Assembly: GCF_019976755.1 (NCBI RefSeq)
Contig: NZ_AP023441.1
Location: forward strand, 3,678,919 to 3,710,918
Source of the DNA: Nostoc sp. MS1
Lineage (GTDB): Bacteria; Cyanobacteriota; Cyanobacteriia; Cyanobacteriales; Nostocaceae
DNA length: 32,000 nucleotides
Direction of reading: 5' to 3'
The translations under genes were made by a program, and so were the position numbers. Shown piece by piece: positions 16,563 through 26,278 of the stretch (positions are counted from its first letter, which is position 1; the number at the start of each line of letters is the position of its first letter). The notes beneath the pieces were generated by a model. The model was given only the letters and a program-made list of their open reading frames with translations, was not told the origin of the DNA and did no database searches.

Positions 16563-17645
16563 TTAAGCTATTGTCACATCTGGCGATAAATAAACATCCT
16601 GAATAGCGTGGAACAATTTCACACCTTCTTCAAAAGGACGCTGGAAAGCTTTTCTGCCAGAAATTAGGCCTGTACCACCAGCCCGTTTGTTAATGACTGC
16701 GGTACGAACTGCTTCGGCGAAATCATTTTTACCAGATGCACCACCAGAGTTAATTAAACCTGCGCGTCCGCAATAGCAATTGAGAACTTGATAACGAGTC
16801 AAATCGATGGGGTGGTCGGTGGTTAATTCGGTATACACTTTTTCATGAGTTTTACCGTAACTCTTACCTGTTGCTTTGGCTACTGCACCATAACCATTAT
16901 TGTTTTCAGGTAATTTTTGTTTGATGATGTCGGCTTCAATTGTCACACCCAAATGATTTGCTTGTCCGGTGAGGTCAGCCGCAAGGTGATAATCTTTATC
17001 GCCTTTAAAGGCGTTGTTGCGCAGATAACACCACAGAATTGTCACCAGTCCTAATTCATGGGCGCGTTTAAAAGCCCGGCTGATTTCTTGAATTTGTCTG
17101 GTGGAATGTTCTGAACCAAAATAAATTGTCGCGCCAACAGCTACAGCCCCTAAATTCCAAGCTTGTTCCACATCAGCAAACAATATTTGGTCAAATTGAT
17201 TAGGGAAGGTTAACAATTCATTGTGGTTGAGTTTAGCAATGAAAGGAATTTTGTGAGCATATTTACGCGAAACACTACCTAAAACTCCTAAAGTACTGGC
17301 GACAGCATTACAACCACCTGCTATTGCTAAACGGATGATATTTTCTGGGTCAAAGTAAATAGGGTTGGGTGCAAAAGAAGCCCCGGCTGAATGTTCAATA
17401 CCTTGGTCTACGGGCAGAATCGAAAGATAGCCAGTGTATGCCAAACGACCTGTAGAATAGAGTTGTTGGAGATTCCGCAAGACTTGAGGGCTGCGATCGC
17501 TATTCAACCAAACTCGATCAACAAAATCCGGCCCTGGTAAATGTAACAAATCTTGAGGCACTTTGGCTTTGTAAGTCAGCAGTTCTTCTGCTTCATTTCC
17601 TAAAAATGATTCGATAGAACTAGACTCTAAAAGGGTGGTAGACAT
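16563..17645 (-). CDS. fbaB: Class I fructose-bisphosphate aldolase (FbaB/DhnA type)
   Basis: 360-aa ORF that is colinear with E. coli FbaB as I remember it. Shared motifs are [56 protein letters not shown] and [19 protein letters not shown], and it ends in ..TIA. Confidence 0.9.
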   Translation of the reverse strand: MSTTLLESSSIESFLGNEAEELLTYKAKVPQDLLHLPGPDFVDRVWLNSDRSPQVLRNLQQLYSTGRLAYTGYLSILPVDQGIEHSAGASFAPNPIYFDPENIIRLAIAGGCNAVASTLGVLGSVSRKYAHKIPFIAKLNHNELLTFPNQFDQILFADVEQAWNLGAVAVGATIYFGSEHSTRQIQEISRAFKRAHELGLVTILWCYLRNNAFKGDKDYHLAADLTGQANHLGVTIEADIIKQKLPENNNGYGAVAKATGKSYGKTHEKVYTELTTDHPIDLTRYQVLNCYCGRAGLINSGGASGKNDFAEAVRTAVINKRAGGTGLISGRKAFQRPFEEGVKLFHAIQDVYLSPDVTIA

Positions 17646-17661
17646 AAGACTTCCTTAAATC

Positions 17662-17689
17662 TTGACTATTGACTGTTGACTGTTGACCA
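17662..17689. repeat. STRR heptamer tract TTGACTG x4 (reverse complement of the CAACAGT family)
   Basis: Direct reading gives ttgacta ttgactg ttgactg ttgacca, between the fbaB start and the stop of the neighbouring gene. Confidence 0.9.
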
Positions 17690-17692
17690 ATT

Positions 17693-19015
17693 CTATTTAA
17701 ATCCTTTATTTACTTGCTTTTGCCCTTTACCTTTTGGCTTAGATTTGTGAACTTCTGCCACTGCTTCTTGAAATAATTCATGCAGATGTACAGGTACACT
17801 AGCACTTTCCGGTAAATATGGCTCAAGAGGTTTATTGAACTCTTGCAAAAGTGTATCTAAATCACTGTTAATGTCAAAATTTGGTCGTTGCAGCACAGTC
17901 TGTAAAACTTTTTCTAATGAATTAGAATACTGTTTGGCTAAACGATACCAAATGAAAGCACTAATACTTTTATCTTCCAGATAATGACGAACTAGTTTTT
18001 CAGCACCCTCAATACTTTGCCAATCTTTTGTTAATAACAAAGATTGAAATTTACTATATGTTGGTAAAAATGTTTGTCCCCAACGTGGATGAGAGATGGC
18101 TGTTAATTGTGCGGCGTTCTTGAGTTCCGCAGGTAAATCAATTTTTGGCGTTACCATTTTAGTTTTGCCGCTTTCGTTCTTCAATATCTGCGAAGCCACC
18201 TTGGGGTCTATACCCATTTCATCAATCACAGTTTGAATTTCTTCCTGCGCTCCTGTGGCTGTTAATTCAGCCAAATATTTTATTTTATCAATCCCTAATT
18301 CTTCTAAACGTTTATTAGTAATTAACTCTTGAAATGCTGCAAGTTCTTTATTTAGTTTATAGCCAGGTAAGGTAATTTCATCACTGCCAAAAAAGTCTAT
18401 AAAATATTGATGATATTGATATACGGAATCCCAAGCTGCTTCTAGTAAATCTGGAGCATCACTGTAAAGGTGATTTTTATAGGTTTCTTTAAAATTACCA
18501 ATAGCTACAGCTAGTTTTGGTTTACCTAATTTACCCATCATTGTAAATGGACCTGTGAATGTCCAATAATTATTAGTAACAGGAGAAATACGAGTTAGAA
18601 GAATTTCCCCAACTTTCAGTCGAGAAGTTGCTTGCAATGTTTGGGAATTATTGGGTTTGACTAAATAGGACTTATTCGTTAACCAATTCAATAATTCTAG
18701 ACCATCAGTGAAAATCTGACTAATAGCAAATAAACCGATAAAACTATGATGCCAAGTTTTCAGTAAATTGCGATCGCTCTCTTGTAAATCTGGATGACTG
18801 GCGATAAATAAATCTAGGGGAGACTCATTACCAACTTTCCCTTCAGTCAGGAAACTGTCAATTGTTAAGTCTTGTTGTGTGTTATCACCGCTACCACGCC
18901 GTAATTGTTGGGCTGCAAAGGTTTCCAGCGCTTGGGCTAACTCTCCCTCTGCATCAAGCACAAAATCTACTAATGCTTGCTTGAGGAAGTGCGATCGCTC
19001 TAATATCTCATCCAC
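17693..19015 (-). CDS. Hypothetical protein, 440 aa, soluble, with a lysine-rich C-terminal tail
   Basis: This is a long uninterrupted ORF with ordinary amino-acid composition and a GTG start. I recognise no family motif. Confidence 0.65.
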   Translation of the reverse strand: MDEILERSHFLKQALVDFVLDAEGELAQALETFAAQQLRRGSGDNTQQDLTIDSFLTEGKVGNESPLDLFIASHPDLQESDRNLLKTWHHSFIGLFAISQIFTDGLELLNWLTNKSYLVKPNNSQTLQATSRLKVGEILLTRISPVTNNYWTFTGPFTMMGKLGKPKLAVAIGNFKETYKNHLYSDAPDLLEAAWDSVYQYHQYFIDFFGSDEITLPGYKLNKELAAFQELITNKRLEELGIDKIKYLAELTATGAQEEIQTVIDEMGIDPKVASQILKNESGKTKMVTPKIDLPAELKNAAQLTAISHPRWGQTFLPTYSKFQSLLLTKDWQSIEGAEKLVRHYLEDKSISAFIWYRLAKQYSNSLEKVLQTVLQRPNFDINSDLDTLLQEFNKPLEPYLPESASVPVHLHELFQEAVAEVHKSKPKGKGQKQVNKGFK

Positions 19016-19421
19016 AGGCGTATCTCTTGGTACAACATTTGTAGATTAAGACCTTACACACCACGATAGCATCTGGCAGTAGCTAGATTTGTGCAAGAAA
19101 ATCAGCTATCAATAAGATGAGAATTAATACTCAGGCATCGACTAAAATAGCATGACAATTTTATCTAAAAATTTTCAATACTCCCAAAGTGATAATTATT
19201 TTAATAATGAGTATTTTTTCTCAATTTTGAACAAAGACATCGGTTAGCCTCAAATACACTTCTTTCAAACTTGACGCATTAACAATAGTGATTTTACAGC
19301 CCAAAGCCTGATTTATACTGAGTTCTTTTTAATAAATTCGCAATTTGTTACGAAAAAATACGATTCTACAAAATTTTTATTTATGACATACTTTAAAAAA
19401 TACTAAATTTTACATGTTACG

Positions 19422-19982
19422 ATGTTACCTTTTATCATAACAATCGTTATTTTGATATTTATTATATTTATTTATTTTTATAACAGGTTAATTTATAAAA
19501 AAAATCAAGTTAATAATGCTTTTTCCACAGTTGATGTAATTCTGCAAAAAAGAAGTGACTTAATACCTAATCTTGTGTCATTAGCCCAGATATATATGCA
19601 GTTTGAACAGACAACATTAGTAGAAATTAGCCGACTCAGAATTAGAGCTAATTCAAAAAGAATAACTAACAATGAACGAGTTATTTTAGAAGATCAAATT
19701 TCTCGAACACTTAATAAATTTATTTTAGCATTAGAAGCTTATCCAGAGTTAAAAGCTAGTGAGCATTTCCTCCAATTACAATACTCATTAACTGAAGTTG
19801 AAGAACAACTTAGTGCAGCCAGAAGATTTTATAACAGTGCAGTAACTGAATATAACAATGCAGTGGAAATGTTACCGACAAAATTTATAGCTTCATGGCT
19901 TAATTATCAATTAAAAGAACCATTTCGAGCTAATCTATCGGCAATTAATAAAATAAATATGCAGTTAAATACAAACTTATAA
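19422..19982 (+). CDS. LemA family protein
   Basis: 186-aa ORF with an N-terminal TM helix followed by YNRLI..KNQVNNAFSTVDVILQKRSDLIPNLV and AARRFYNSAVTEYNNAVEMLP, which are the classic LemA motifs. Confidence 0.85.
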   Translation: MLPFIITIVILIFIIFIYFYNRLIYKKNQVNNAFSTVDVILQKRSDLIPNLVSLAQIYMQFEQTTLVEISRLRIRANSKRITNNERVILEDQISRTLNKFILALEAYPELKASEHFLQLQYSLTEVEEQLSAARRFYNSAVTEYNNAVEMLPTKFIASWLNYQLKEPFRANLSAINKINMQLNTNL

Positions 19983-19984
19983 AT

Positions 19985-21991
19985 ATGCAGGAATTAAATA
20001 CTTGGCAACCAAAAGAATTATTAGAGGCTATAAACCATTTATTAGAATATCAAAACTATAGTTTAGCATTTCAATGTTTAGAAAATGTTTTTCAAAAAAC
20101 AGAACCAAACACTAAAGAATATTTATATGCACAAGTATTGCTAATAGATACATATCTCCACAGTGGTCAATTTCAAAATGCAATTAACTTATGTCAAGAG
20201 TTAATTAATAGCGAACATCAAACAACCCAAATATTAGCCCAGTTTTATCTTAATCGAGTATCTACAGATATCAGGATTACGAAAACTAAAAACGAGACAG
20301 CATCAACACAAATTGCACTAAATCAAGCAGAAGCTGTTCAACTCATCAATACTGGATATCAAGCTTTGACGCAAAAACAGTATCTAGAAGCAATTAAAGC
20401 ATTAGAAAAATTTTGTCAAAATGCTTCTAAGAATACAAAACAATACTTACAAGCACATCAATGGTTAGTTAAAGCATATCAAGAAAATGGGCAAATTGAT
20501 GATGCGATCGCTCTTTGTCAAAAACTGCTATTACATGAATATGAAAGCATCCGCAAATGGGCAAGAAAATTATTGTATACAGAATTATTTATAGATAATT
20601 TTACTATTAATACACTAATTACAACCTCTAACTTAGAACTTCAGCCACAGCCAAAAGTTACTAAAACTATAGAAGAAGAAACAGTTACTAAGAGATTTAT
20701 ACCAAAAACCTTAAACGAATTTAAGGATTTCTGTCAAAAGCATCTATTACCTGAACTAAAAACATTTGAAACTAGAAGAAAACAAGTTTTATTTTCTATA
20801 CTTATATCTCACGTAATTTTTTTGACAGCTTTTACTTTCCTATTAAAAGGGTATCCGGTTGTTTTTGCTTATCTTACAGAAAATATTCTGATTATTTACT
20901 ATGGCACAAAAAATGTAAATATACCTATTACATTTATAGTTTTATTATTTAACTACTTGATATTATTTTTAATATTATTTTGGCTTTGGATAATGTTTTA
21001 TAGTGCATCGTTGGAAACATTATCAAGAGATTTTAAATTTAAAATCTCCGAGAATATATTTACTTTTGTTAATCAAGATAAAAATTTAACATACATCAGA
21101 GCATCTTTACCACAAGACATTCGAGATACGCTATATGCTTTTCAACACAGTCAACTTTTTCAAGGAATCATCAGACCAAATAAAATTAGACAAACCGATT
21201 ATATCAGTGGCAAATTTAAGGGTGTGAATATTTGTTTTTCCTATATTCGTGCAGAGTTAGAAGTTGAACACTCTTGGACAAAATATTTTGACCTTACATC
21301 TTTCGCCAGTTTCCAAGAAGCAGAAATTATTAATTTTGATTCATTTGGAGGGTTCATATTCTCTTGTTTGCGTTTAATATGTTTTTTAACTATTATATTG
21401 CCTTTTACAGTCTACATAGTTCTGCTAATTTTTAGGATTATCAAAATCATTCCTTATCTCTTTGGTAGTATTCTTCAAGGAAAAAGCCTCGATTACAAAA
21501 AATTTGAATCTGAAGTTTTAAAAAATCAACTCACGCGGACAAGTTTAGTGTTCAAGGGTTTTCTATTTCGTGCTAAGTTTAATAAAACTAGCCAAGCAGC
21601 TATCATTGTTCAACCTAAATTGATAAATGCTAATCCTCACTCACTTAATCATTTGAAAAGGCAGATAGTTAAGTTGGAAGATCCAGAATTTGCTAAATAT
21701 TTTAATGTTTATAGTGATGATCAACTAGAAGCCAGATACATATTATCTCCTAGTTTAATGGAGAAACTGGTTACTTTACGTAAGCAGAAAAATAGAAATA
21801 TTTATATTTCATTTATAGATAATATGATATACATTGCTATTGAACACGCAGTAGAAGACGATGAACTCGAACCAAACCTATTTAAAAGTATGTTAAGGTT
21901 TAGCCCTCTAAAAAATTATTTTGAAACGCTGAACTTTGTTTTAACAACAGTGGACGAGTTAAACCTTGATAAATATATTTGGCAAGATTAA
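19985..21991 (+). CDS. Membrane protein: N-terminal TPR-like region, TM segments, C-terminal DUF3137-like domain
   Basis: 668-aa ORF starting 2 nt after the lemA stop. The C-terminal FNVYSDDQLEARYILSPSLMEKLVTL resembles DUF3137, a family I remember as often adjacent to LemA. Hydrophobic blocks lie near residues 265-335 and 455-500. Confidence 0.65.
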   Translation: MQELNTWQPKELLEAINHLLEYQNYSLAFQCLENVFQKTEPNTKEYLYAQVLLIDTYLHSGQFQNAINLCQELINSEHQTTQILAQFYLNRVSTDIRITKTKNETASTQIALNQAEAVQLINTGYQALTQKQYLEAIKALEKFCQNASKNTKQYLQAHQWLVKAYQENGQIDDAIALCQKLLLHEYESIRKWARKLLYTELFIDNFTINTLITTSNLELQPQPKVTKTIEEETVTKRFIPKTLNEFKDFCQKHLLPELKTFETRRKQVLFSILISHVIFLTAFTFLLKGYPVVFAYLTENILIIYYGTKNVNIPITFIVLLFNYLILFLILFWLWIMFYSASLETLSRDFKFKISENIFTFVNQDKNLTYIRASLPQDIRDTLYAFQHSQLFQGIIRPNKIRQTDYISGKFKGVNICFSYIRAELEVEHSWTKYFDLTSFASFQEAEIINFDSFGGFIFSCLRLICFLTIILPFTVYIVLLIFRIIKIIPYLFGSILQGKSLDYKKFESEVLKNQLTRTSLVFKGFLFRAKFNKTSQAAIIVQPKLINANPHSLNHLKRQIVKLEDPEFAKYFNVYSDDQLEARYILSPSLMEKLVTLRKQKNRNIYISFIDNMIYIAIEHAVEDDELEPNLFKSMLRFSPLKNYFETLNFVLTTVDELNLDKYIWQD

Positions 21992-21995
21992 TAAT

Positions 21996-23837
21996 TTATA
22001 TACCTTCTTGATATTGCGCTAACAACTTTGGTAGGTAATCATATCCATCTACGCCAATAATGGCAATTATTCTACTTCGGCTTTGTTGGAGTAAATTTTG
22101 AAAAGATTCAACTCCAATTTGTCCCTGTAAAATAGTCAACAACCCTGCTGGTTGTCTCCACTCATTAGAAGCAATTTGTTCCAATAAATACATTCCTAGA
22201 GAACCCGTGTAAACAGCTTTCTCCAAATTTAGTAATTGATAGTAAGCTTCTCCTAAATAAGCTAAATTTCGTCCTTGGAGATACAAATCACCAGAAATCT
22301 GTGCCGTTTTAAAACCATCCTCAAGATATTTAATCGCATCTTGCGGTTGATTAATTACTAAATATGCAATACCCAAGCTACTAACACATAAAGCCTTACT
22401 TTGAATATCGCCTGATCTCTCTGATAACTGTAAACCTTGCTCTAAATAATTAATCGCCATTTCATAGGTTTCTGGTTCTACTTGTTCCAGCTTCTGCGCC
22501 TGCATCACTTCGCTGTAACCTAAATTTACTAGGGCGTTAGTCTCTCCAGTACGATCGCCTGCTTGCCTACTCAACATTAATGCTCTTTGACTATAATTTA
22601 TCGCCTCGGCAAAATCTTGCTCCTGCACATAGGTACGGCTGAGGTGATTGAGATTGGCAATTTCACAAGCGCGATCGCCTGCATTCCTGGCTATTTCCAA
22701 TGCTTGCTGATGAAACCGAATCGAACGTTGATATTGTCCCAATGCACGCTGCGAATAACCTAAAAGCGTCAAAATTCGCGCCTTTTCTTGCGTTCCCTCA
22801 ACTCTGCTTAATGGTTCATCTAAATAATCTAAAGCATCCCGTAAATAGCTACCGGAAAACGAGGCGAAAATTCCACCGTATAGAGGAAAATAGGGACGCT
22901 GGGTGAAAGTACGCAGGATTTGCAACATAATTTGTGATGAGCCATTGCTGTACTCGGCTTTACCGCCAAAAGCACTGGCTAACTGACTCCACAACACAGC
23001 AAAAGTTAAAAAAGTAGAAATCGATAGTTTAGAACCAGCTTGGATATTATAAGTTTGTTGGTCAAACCAGTTCACTAATCCCCGTTGCAAATACTGGAAA
23101 ATCAGTGCTATTTCCACCCAATCAGCCAGAGTAATATTGCTATGCTGTTCTACAAATGGTACAACCGATTGTTCTACAGCTAGGCTACGAAATAAAGCTT
23201 GGGGTATCTCACTATTAACTTTTTTTGCCCAAGTCGCCCAAGGACCGCTTTCCCCTGGTACACCACCAAACCCTAGCGCCTGATTTTGCTCATACATCCA
23301 ACTTACCAAGCTGTCTTGCAATCTCTGCCAACTTGCTAAACCACGGTTAATCCCTTGTGATATCTGCTCAACCTCTGGAGCAAACTGAGCAAACTGTTGT
23401 AATGATTTGGCTAATTGCTGGAGTTGTGGCGAAGTGAAAGGATGCTTGAGATTGGGATCAATAAGCCGTAAAAATGTACCTAATCGCTCATCGGCTGAAG
23501 CTGTGGTGATTTCTCGCGCTGCTTGGGCGATCGCTTCTATTACCTTATTTTGTTCTGCATATCTTTGCCATTGACTTTGGATCGTCTTAAGCGCCCGTAA
23601 ACTCCGGTTTGCCCTAGCCTTTTTCAACTCATCTTTTTCCCCATCCACCTGAGCCTGGATAGCAGTAGTACGATCGCTTAACACTAACTCAAACACTTCC
23701 CCCGTCCCAGCCAATATACTCTTTTGCAGCATTTGGTATACCATCTCCACGGAACTAATTTTTCCCTGGAGAGTCAGCTGCACAATTTCATCAATTAAGG
23801 CAAGGTAGCGATCGCGCAATGGCAATGAGTCAGACAC
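21996..23837 (-). CDS. TPR repeat protein with an uncharacterised ~330-aa N-terminal domain
   Basis: 613-aa ORF. The C-terminal half has repeated A..Y..AL.i....GD...E...L..LG motifs. Confidence 0.75.
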   Translation of the reverse strand: MSDSLPLRDRYLALIDEIVQLTLQGKISSVEMVYQMLQKSILAGTGEVFELVLSDRTTAIQAQVDGEKDELKKARANRSLRALKTIQSQWQRYAEQNKVIEAIAQAAREITTASADERLGTFLRLIDPNLKHPFTSPQLQQLAKSLQQFAQFAPEVEQISQGINRGLASWQRLQDSLVSWMYEQNQALGFGGVPGESGPWATWAKKVNSEIPQALFRSLAVEQSVVPFVEQHSNITLADWVEIALIFQYLQRGLVNWFDQQTYNIQAGSKLSISTFLTFAVLWSQLASAFGGKAEYSNGSSQIMLQILRTFTQRPYFPLYGGIFASFSGSYLRDALDYLDEPLSRVEGTQEKARILTLLGYSQRALGQYQRSIRFHQQALEIARNAGDRACEIANLNHLSRTYVQEQDFAEAINYSQRALMLSRQAGDRTGETNALVNLGYSEVMQAQKLEQVEPETYEMAINYLEQGLQLSERSGDIQSKALCVSSLGIAYLVINQPQDAIKYLEDGFKTAQISGDLYLQGRNLAYLGEAYYQLLNLEKAVYTGSLGMYLLEQIASNEWRQPAGLLTILQGQIGVESFQNLLQQSRSRIIAIIGVDGYDYLPKLLAQYQEGI

Positions 23838-23880
23838 TTTAGCTAATAGAGAACGTTACGTCAACTTTTATTCTAGTGTA

Positions 23881-23969
23881 GGGAGTGGGAGATGGGGGAG
23901 ATGAGGGAGATGAGGGAGAATAACTTTTGACTAACGACTAATGACTAATGACTAATGACTAATGACTAA
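23881..23969. repeat. Composite short tandem repeats: GAGATGAGG-type 9-mers x3, then TGACTAA heptamers x6
   Basis: Direct reading gives gggagtgggagatgggggagatgagggagatgagggaga (23881-23918) and tgactaa cgactaa tgactaa x4 (23928-23969). Confidence 0.9.
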
Positions 23970-23973
23970 ACAA

Positions 23974-24750
23974 TTACCTTACCAATTGGGCGGCAGAATT
24001 GAAAAATTGCCGACACAATCCTTTGGTAATTAACACCGTGGTTAACAAATTAGCAATAGCCACCATGAAGATAATTAAAATCTCATAGGATACAGCGTCA
24101 AGAGTACTAACTCCAGCAAGTAACTGTCCGGTGGTAATTCCGGGGATGGCTACCATCCCTACAAGCATCATTTGATTGAGAGTAGGAAGCAATGCGGATC
24201 TAATCGCCTCTCTGCGGTACTGGCTGACTGCTTGTGCTGGCGTTGCGCCTAAACTCAAGTGAGTTTCTATTTCTATAGGAAAAGTGTTTACGGAATTGAC
24301 AAGCCGTTCACCTGCGATCGCGGCTGCATTCATCGCATTCCCTATTACCATACCTGCTAGGGGGATTACATAGCGCGGTTCATACCATCTATCTGGTTGA
24401 ATGATGAGGAAAGTTGTGTAAAGCACTGTCAGGGCAGTACTGACAAAAATTGAACCCCATACCAAAGGTAATACATAAGGGATTTTCTGACTAATGCGAT
24501 TTCGGGCGACAATCGCCGTAATTGTCAACATGATCCCTAAAATTGCCAAAACTGCCAAAGGGGTATCTAAAGCAAAAATGAAGTCTAAAATATACCCCAA
24601 AACCAATAACTGTAGGATAGTTCTACCAGTAGCGATCGCTAAATTCAACTCCAATCCCAATCTTTCCCATGCCGATAAACCAATAGCAATCGCCATCAAT
24701 CCCACAGCCATACCCAAATCAGCCAAGTCTAACTTAATTAAATCCTGCAT
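23974..24750 (-). CDS. fetB: UPF0014 / FetB-like ABC-type permease (putative iron export permease)
   Basis: It is polytopic, with LSLGATPAQA and PGITTGQLLAG motifs matching E. coli FetB (YbbM) as I remember it. The ORF track starts at TTG 24756, but ATG 24750-24748 (MQDLIKL) is more likely. No FetA-like ATPase gene is adjacent. Confidence 0.78.
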   Translation of the reverse strand: MQDLIKLDLADLGMAVGLMAIAIGLSAWERLGLELNLAIATGRTILQLLVLGYILDFIFALDTPLAVLAILGIMLTITAIVARNRISQKIPYVLPLVWGSIFVSTALTVLYTTFLIIQPDRWYEPRYVIPLAGMVIGNAMNAAAIAGERLVNSVNTFPIEIETHLSLGATPAQAVSQYRREAIRSALLPTLNQMMLVGMVAIPGITTGQLLAGVSTLDAVSYEILIIFMVAIANLLTTVLITKGLCRQFFNSAAQLVR

Positions 24751-24841
24751 AGTCAATAGTCCATAGTCAATAGTCCATAGTCCACAGTCAATAGCCCATA
24801 ACTGTTTTGGCCAATTACGAATTACAAATTACAAATTACCA
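24751..24841. repeat. Two adjacent heptamer tracts: AGTCMAT x8, then AATTACR x4
   Basis: Direct reading gives agtcaat agtccat agtcaat agtccat agtccac agtcaat agcccat (24751-24799), then aattacg aattaca aattaca aattacc (24814-24841). Confidence 0.9.
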
Positions 24842-25038
24842 CCCTATGTCAGTTGCAGAACAGGCACTCATAACTCACCAATAATCTCAATCTTACCCAT
24901 AGAATTATTTCAGTAATAATCCTTGTTTGATGCGTATCTAGAGCGACAACATTTTAAAATTTCTTGAAAGAAAAATTTCTACAGTCAAAATTGACAGTTG
25001 AAATGTATTCTGTGTATCTCCAGACAAAATGAAAACTC

Positions 25039-26187
25039 ATGATCCAAAGCCTAAGTTCGATCCCAGCCTTTGATATTAAGCAGCAATATACTTCCATAGA
25101 AGCCGAAGTGAGTACAGCCGTTGTAGAAGTGCTGGCTTCTGGTCGTTATATTGGCGGCCCGCCAGTGGAAAGTTTTGAGCGACAGTTTGCTGCTTATCAT
25201 GGCGTGACTGATTGCGTAGCTTGTAATTCTGGTACAGATGCCCTATTTTTAGCCTTACGCGCTTTAGGAATTGGTGCAGGTGATGAAGTAATCACCACGC
25301 CCTTTACTTTTGTGGCTACGGCTGAAGTAATTAGCGCAGTAGGTGCAAAGCCAGTATTTGTTGATATCGATGAGACAACATTTAACCTCGATCTACAACA
25401 AGTAGAAGCGGCGATTACCCTCAAAACCAAAGCAATTATCCCAGTGCATCTGTTCGGACTGCCTGTAGATATGACAACGCTAATGGCGATCGCCGAGGCT
25501 CATAATGTAGCAGTAATTGAAGACTGCGCTCAATCCACAGGCGCAAGTTGGGATGGAAAGAAAGTTGGTAGTATTGGTCATATTGGTTGCTTTAGTTTCT
25601 ACCCCACCAAGAATTTAGGTGCTTGTGGTGATGGGGGAGCAATTACAACTAATGATCCTGAAATTGCTGCTAAGGTACGGATCATCAAGGAACATGGACA
25701 AAGACACCGTTATCAATATGAGGAAATAGGTGTTAATAGCCGCTTAGATGTAATTCAGGCAGTAATTTTACAGATTAAGTTACGTTATCTTGATACTTGG
25801 AATCAGCAAAGACAAGCGATCGCTGCCTATTACCAAAAATTCCTCAGTCAAATTCCGGGTATCATTGTCCCACAAGAATTAGCTGGTGGCGTTAGCGTCT
25901 GGAATCAATATACTATTCGCGTTATTACAGAAGGACGCAACGGTACAAGCGCCGCACATAGAGAAACAGTACGTAACAGCTTGCAAGAAAAGAAAGTAGG
26001 TTCAATGATTTACTATCCCTACCCTCTGCATTTGCAACCAGTTTATCAATATCTTGGTTACAAGCCAGGACAATTACCAGTTGCCGAACAAGCCTGTAAT
26101 GAAGTTTTATCCTTACCCATGTTCCCCGAACTAACAACCCAACAGCAAGAGCAAGTTATCTATGCGTTGAAGGATATTCTTTGTTAG
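25039..26187 (+). CDS. DegT/DnrJ/EryC1/StrS family PLP-dependent sugar aminotransferase
   Basis: 382-aa ORF with the motifs GRYIGGP, NSGTDALFLALRALGIGAGDEVITTPFTFVAT, HLFG and FSFYPTKNLGACGDGGA (PLP lysine). Confidence 0.9.
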   Translation: MIQSLSSIPAFDIKQQYTSIEAEVSTAVVEVLASGRYIGGPPVESFERQFAAYHGVTDCVACNSGTDALFLALRALGIGAGDEVITTPFTFVATAEVISAVGAKPVFVDIDETTFNLDLQQVEAAITLKTKAIIPVHLFGLPVDMTTLMAIAEAHNVAVIEDCAQSTGASWDGKKVGSIGHIGCFSFYPTKNLGACGDGGAITTNDPEIAAKVRIIKEHGQRHRYQYEEIGVNSRLDVIQAVILQIKLRYLDTWNQQRQAIAAYYQKFLSQIPGIIVPQELAGGVSVWNQYTIRVITEGRNGTSAAHRETVRNSLQEKKVGSMIYYPYPLHLQPVYQYLGYKPGQLPVAEQACNEVLSLPMFPELTTQQQEQVIYALKDILC

Positions 26188-26275
26188 GGGAGTAGGGAGT
26201 AGGGAGTAGGGAGTAGGAAAAGAGTTTTAGATGTTCTCCCTCAATCTCCCTCATCTCCCTGATCCCCCTCATCCC
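26188..26275. repeat. Composite short tandem repeats: GGGAGTA heptamers x4, spacer, then TCTCCCTCA-type 9-mers x4
   Basis: The heptamers begin directly after the TAG stop at 26185-26187. The 9-mers are the reverse complement of those at 23888-23918. Confidence 0.9.
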
Positions 26276-26278
26276 TAA

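Noticed and set aside
8812-26275. Whether any of the tandem repeat tracts is a CRISPR array
   Set aside because: Units are 7-21 bp and directly abutting, with no unique spacers of about 30-40 bp. No cas genes are in the window.
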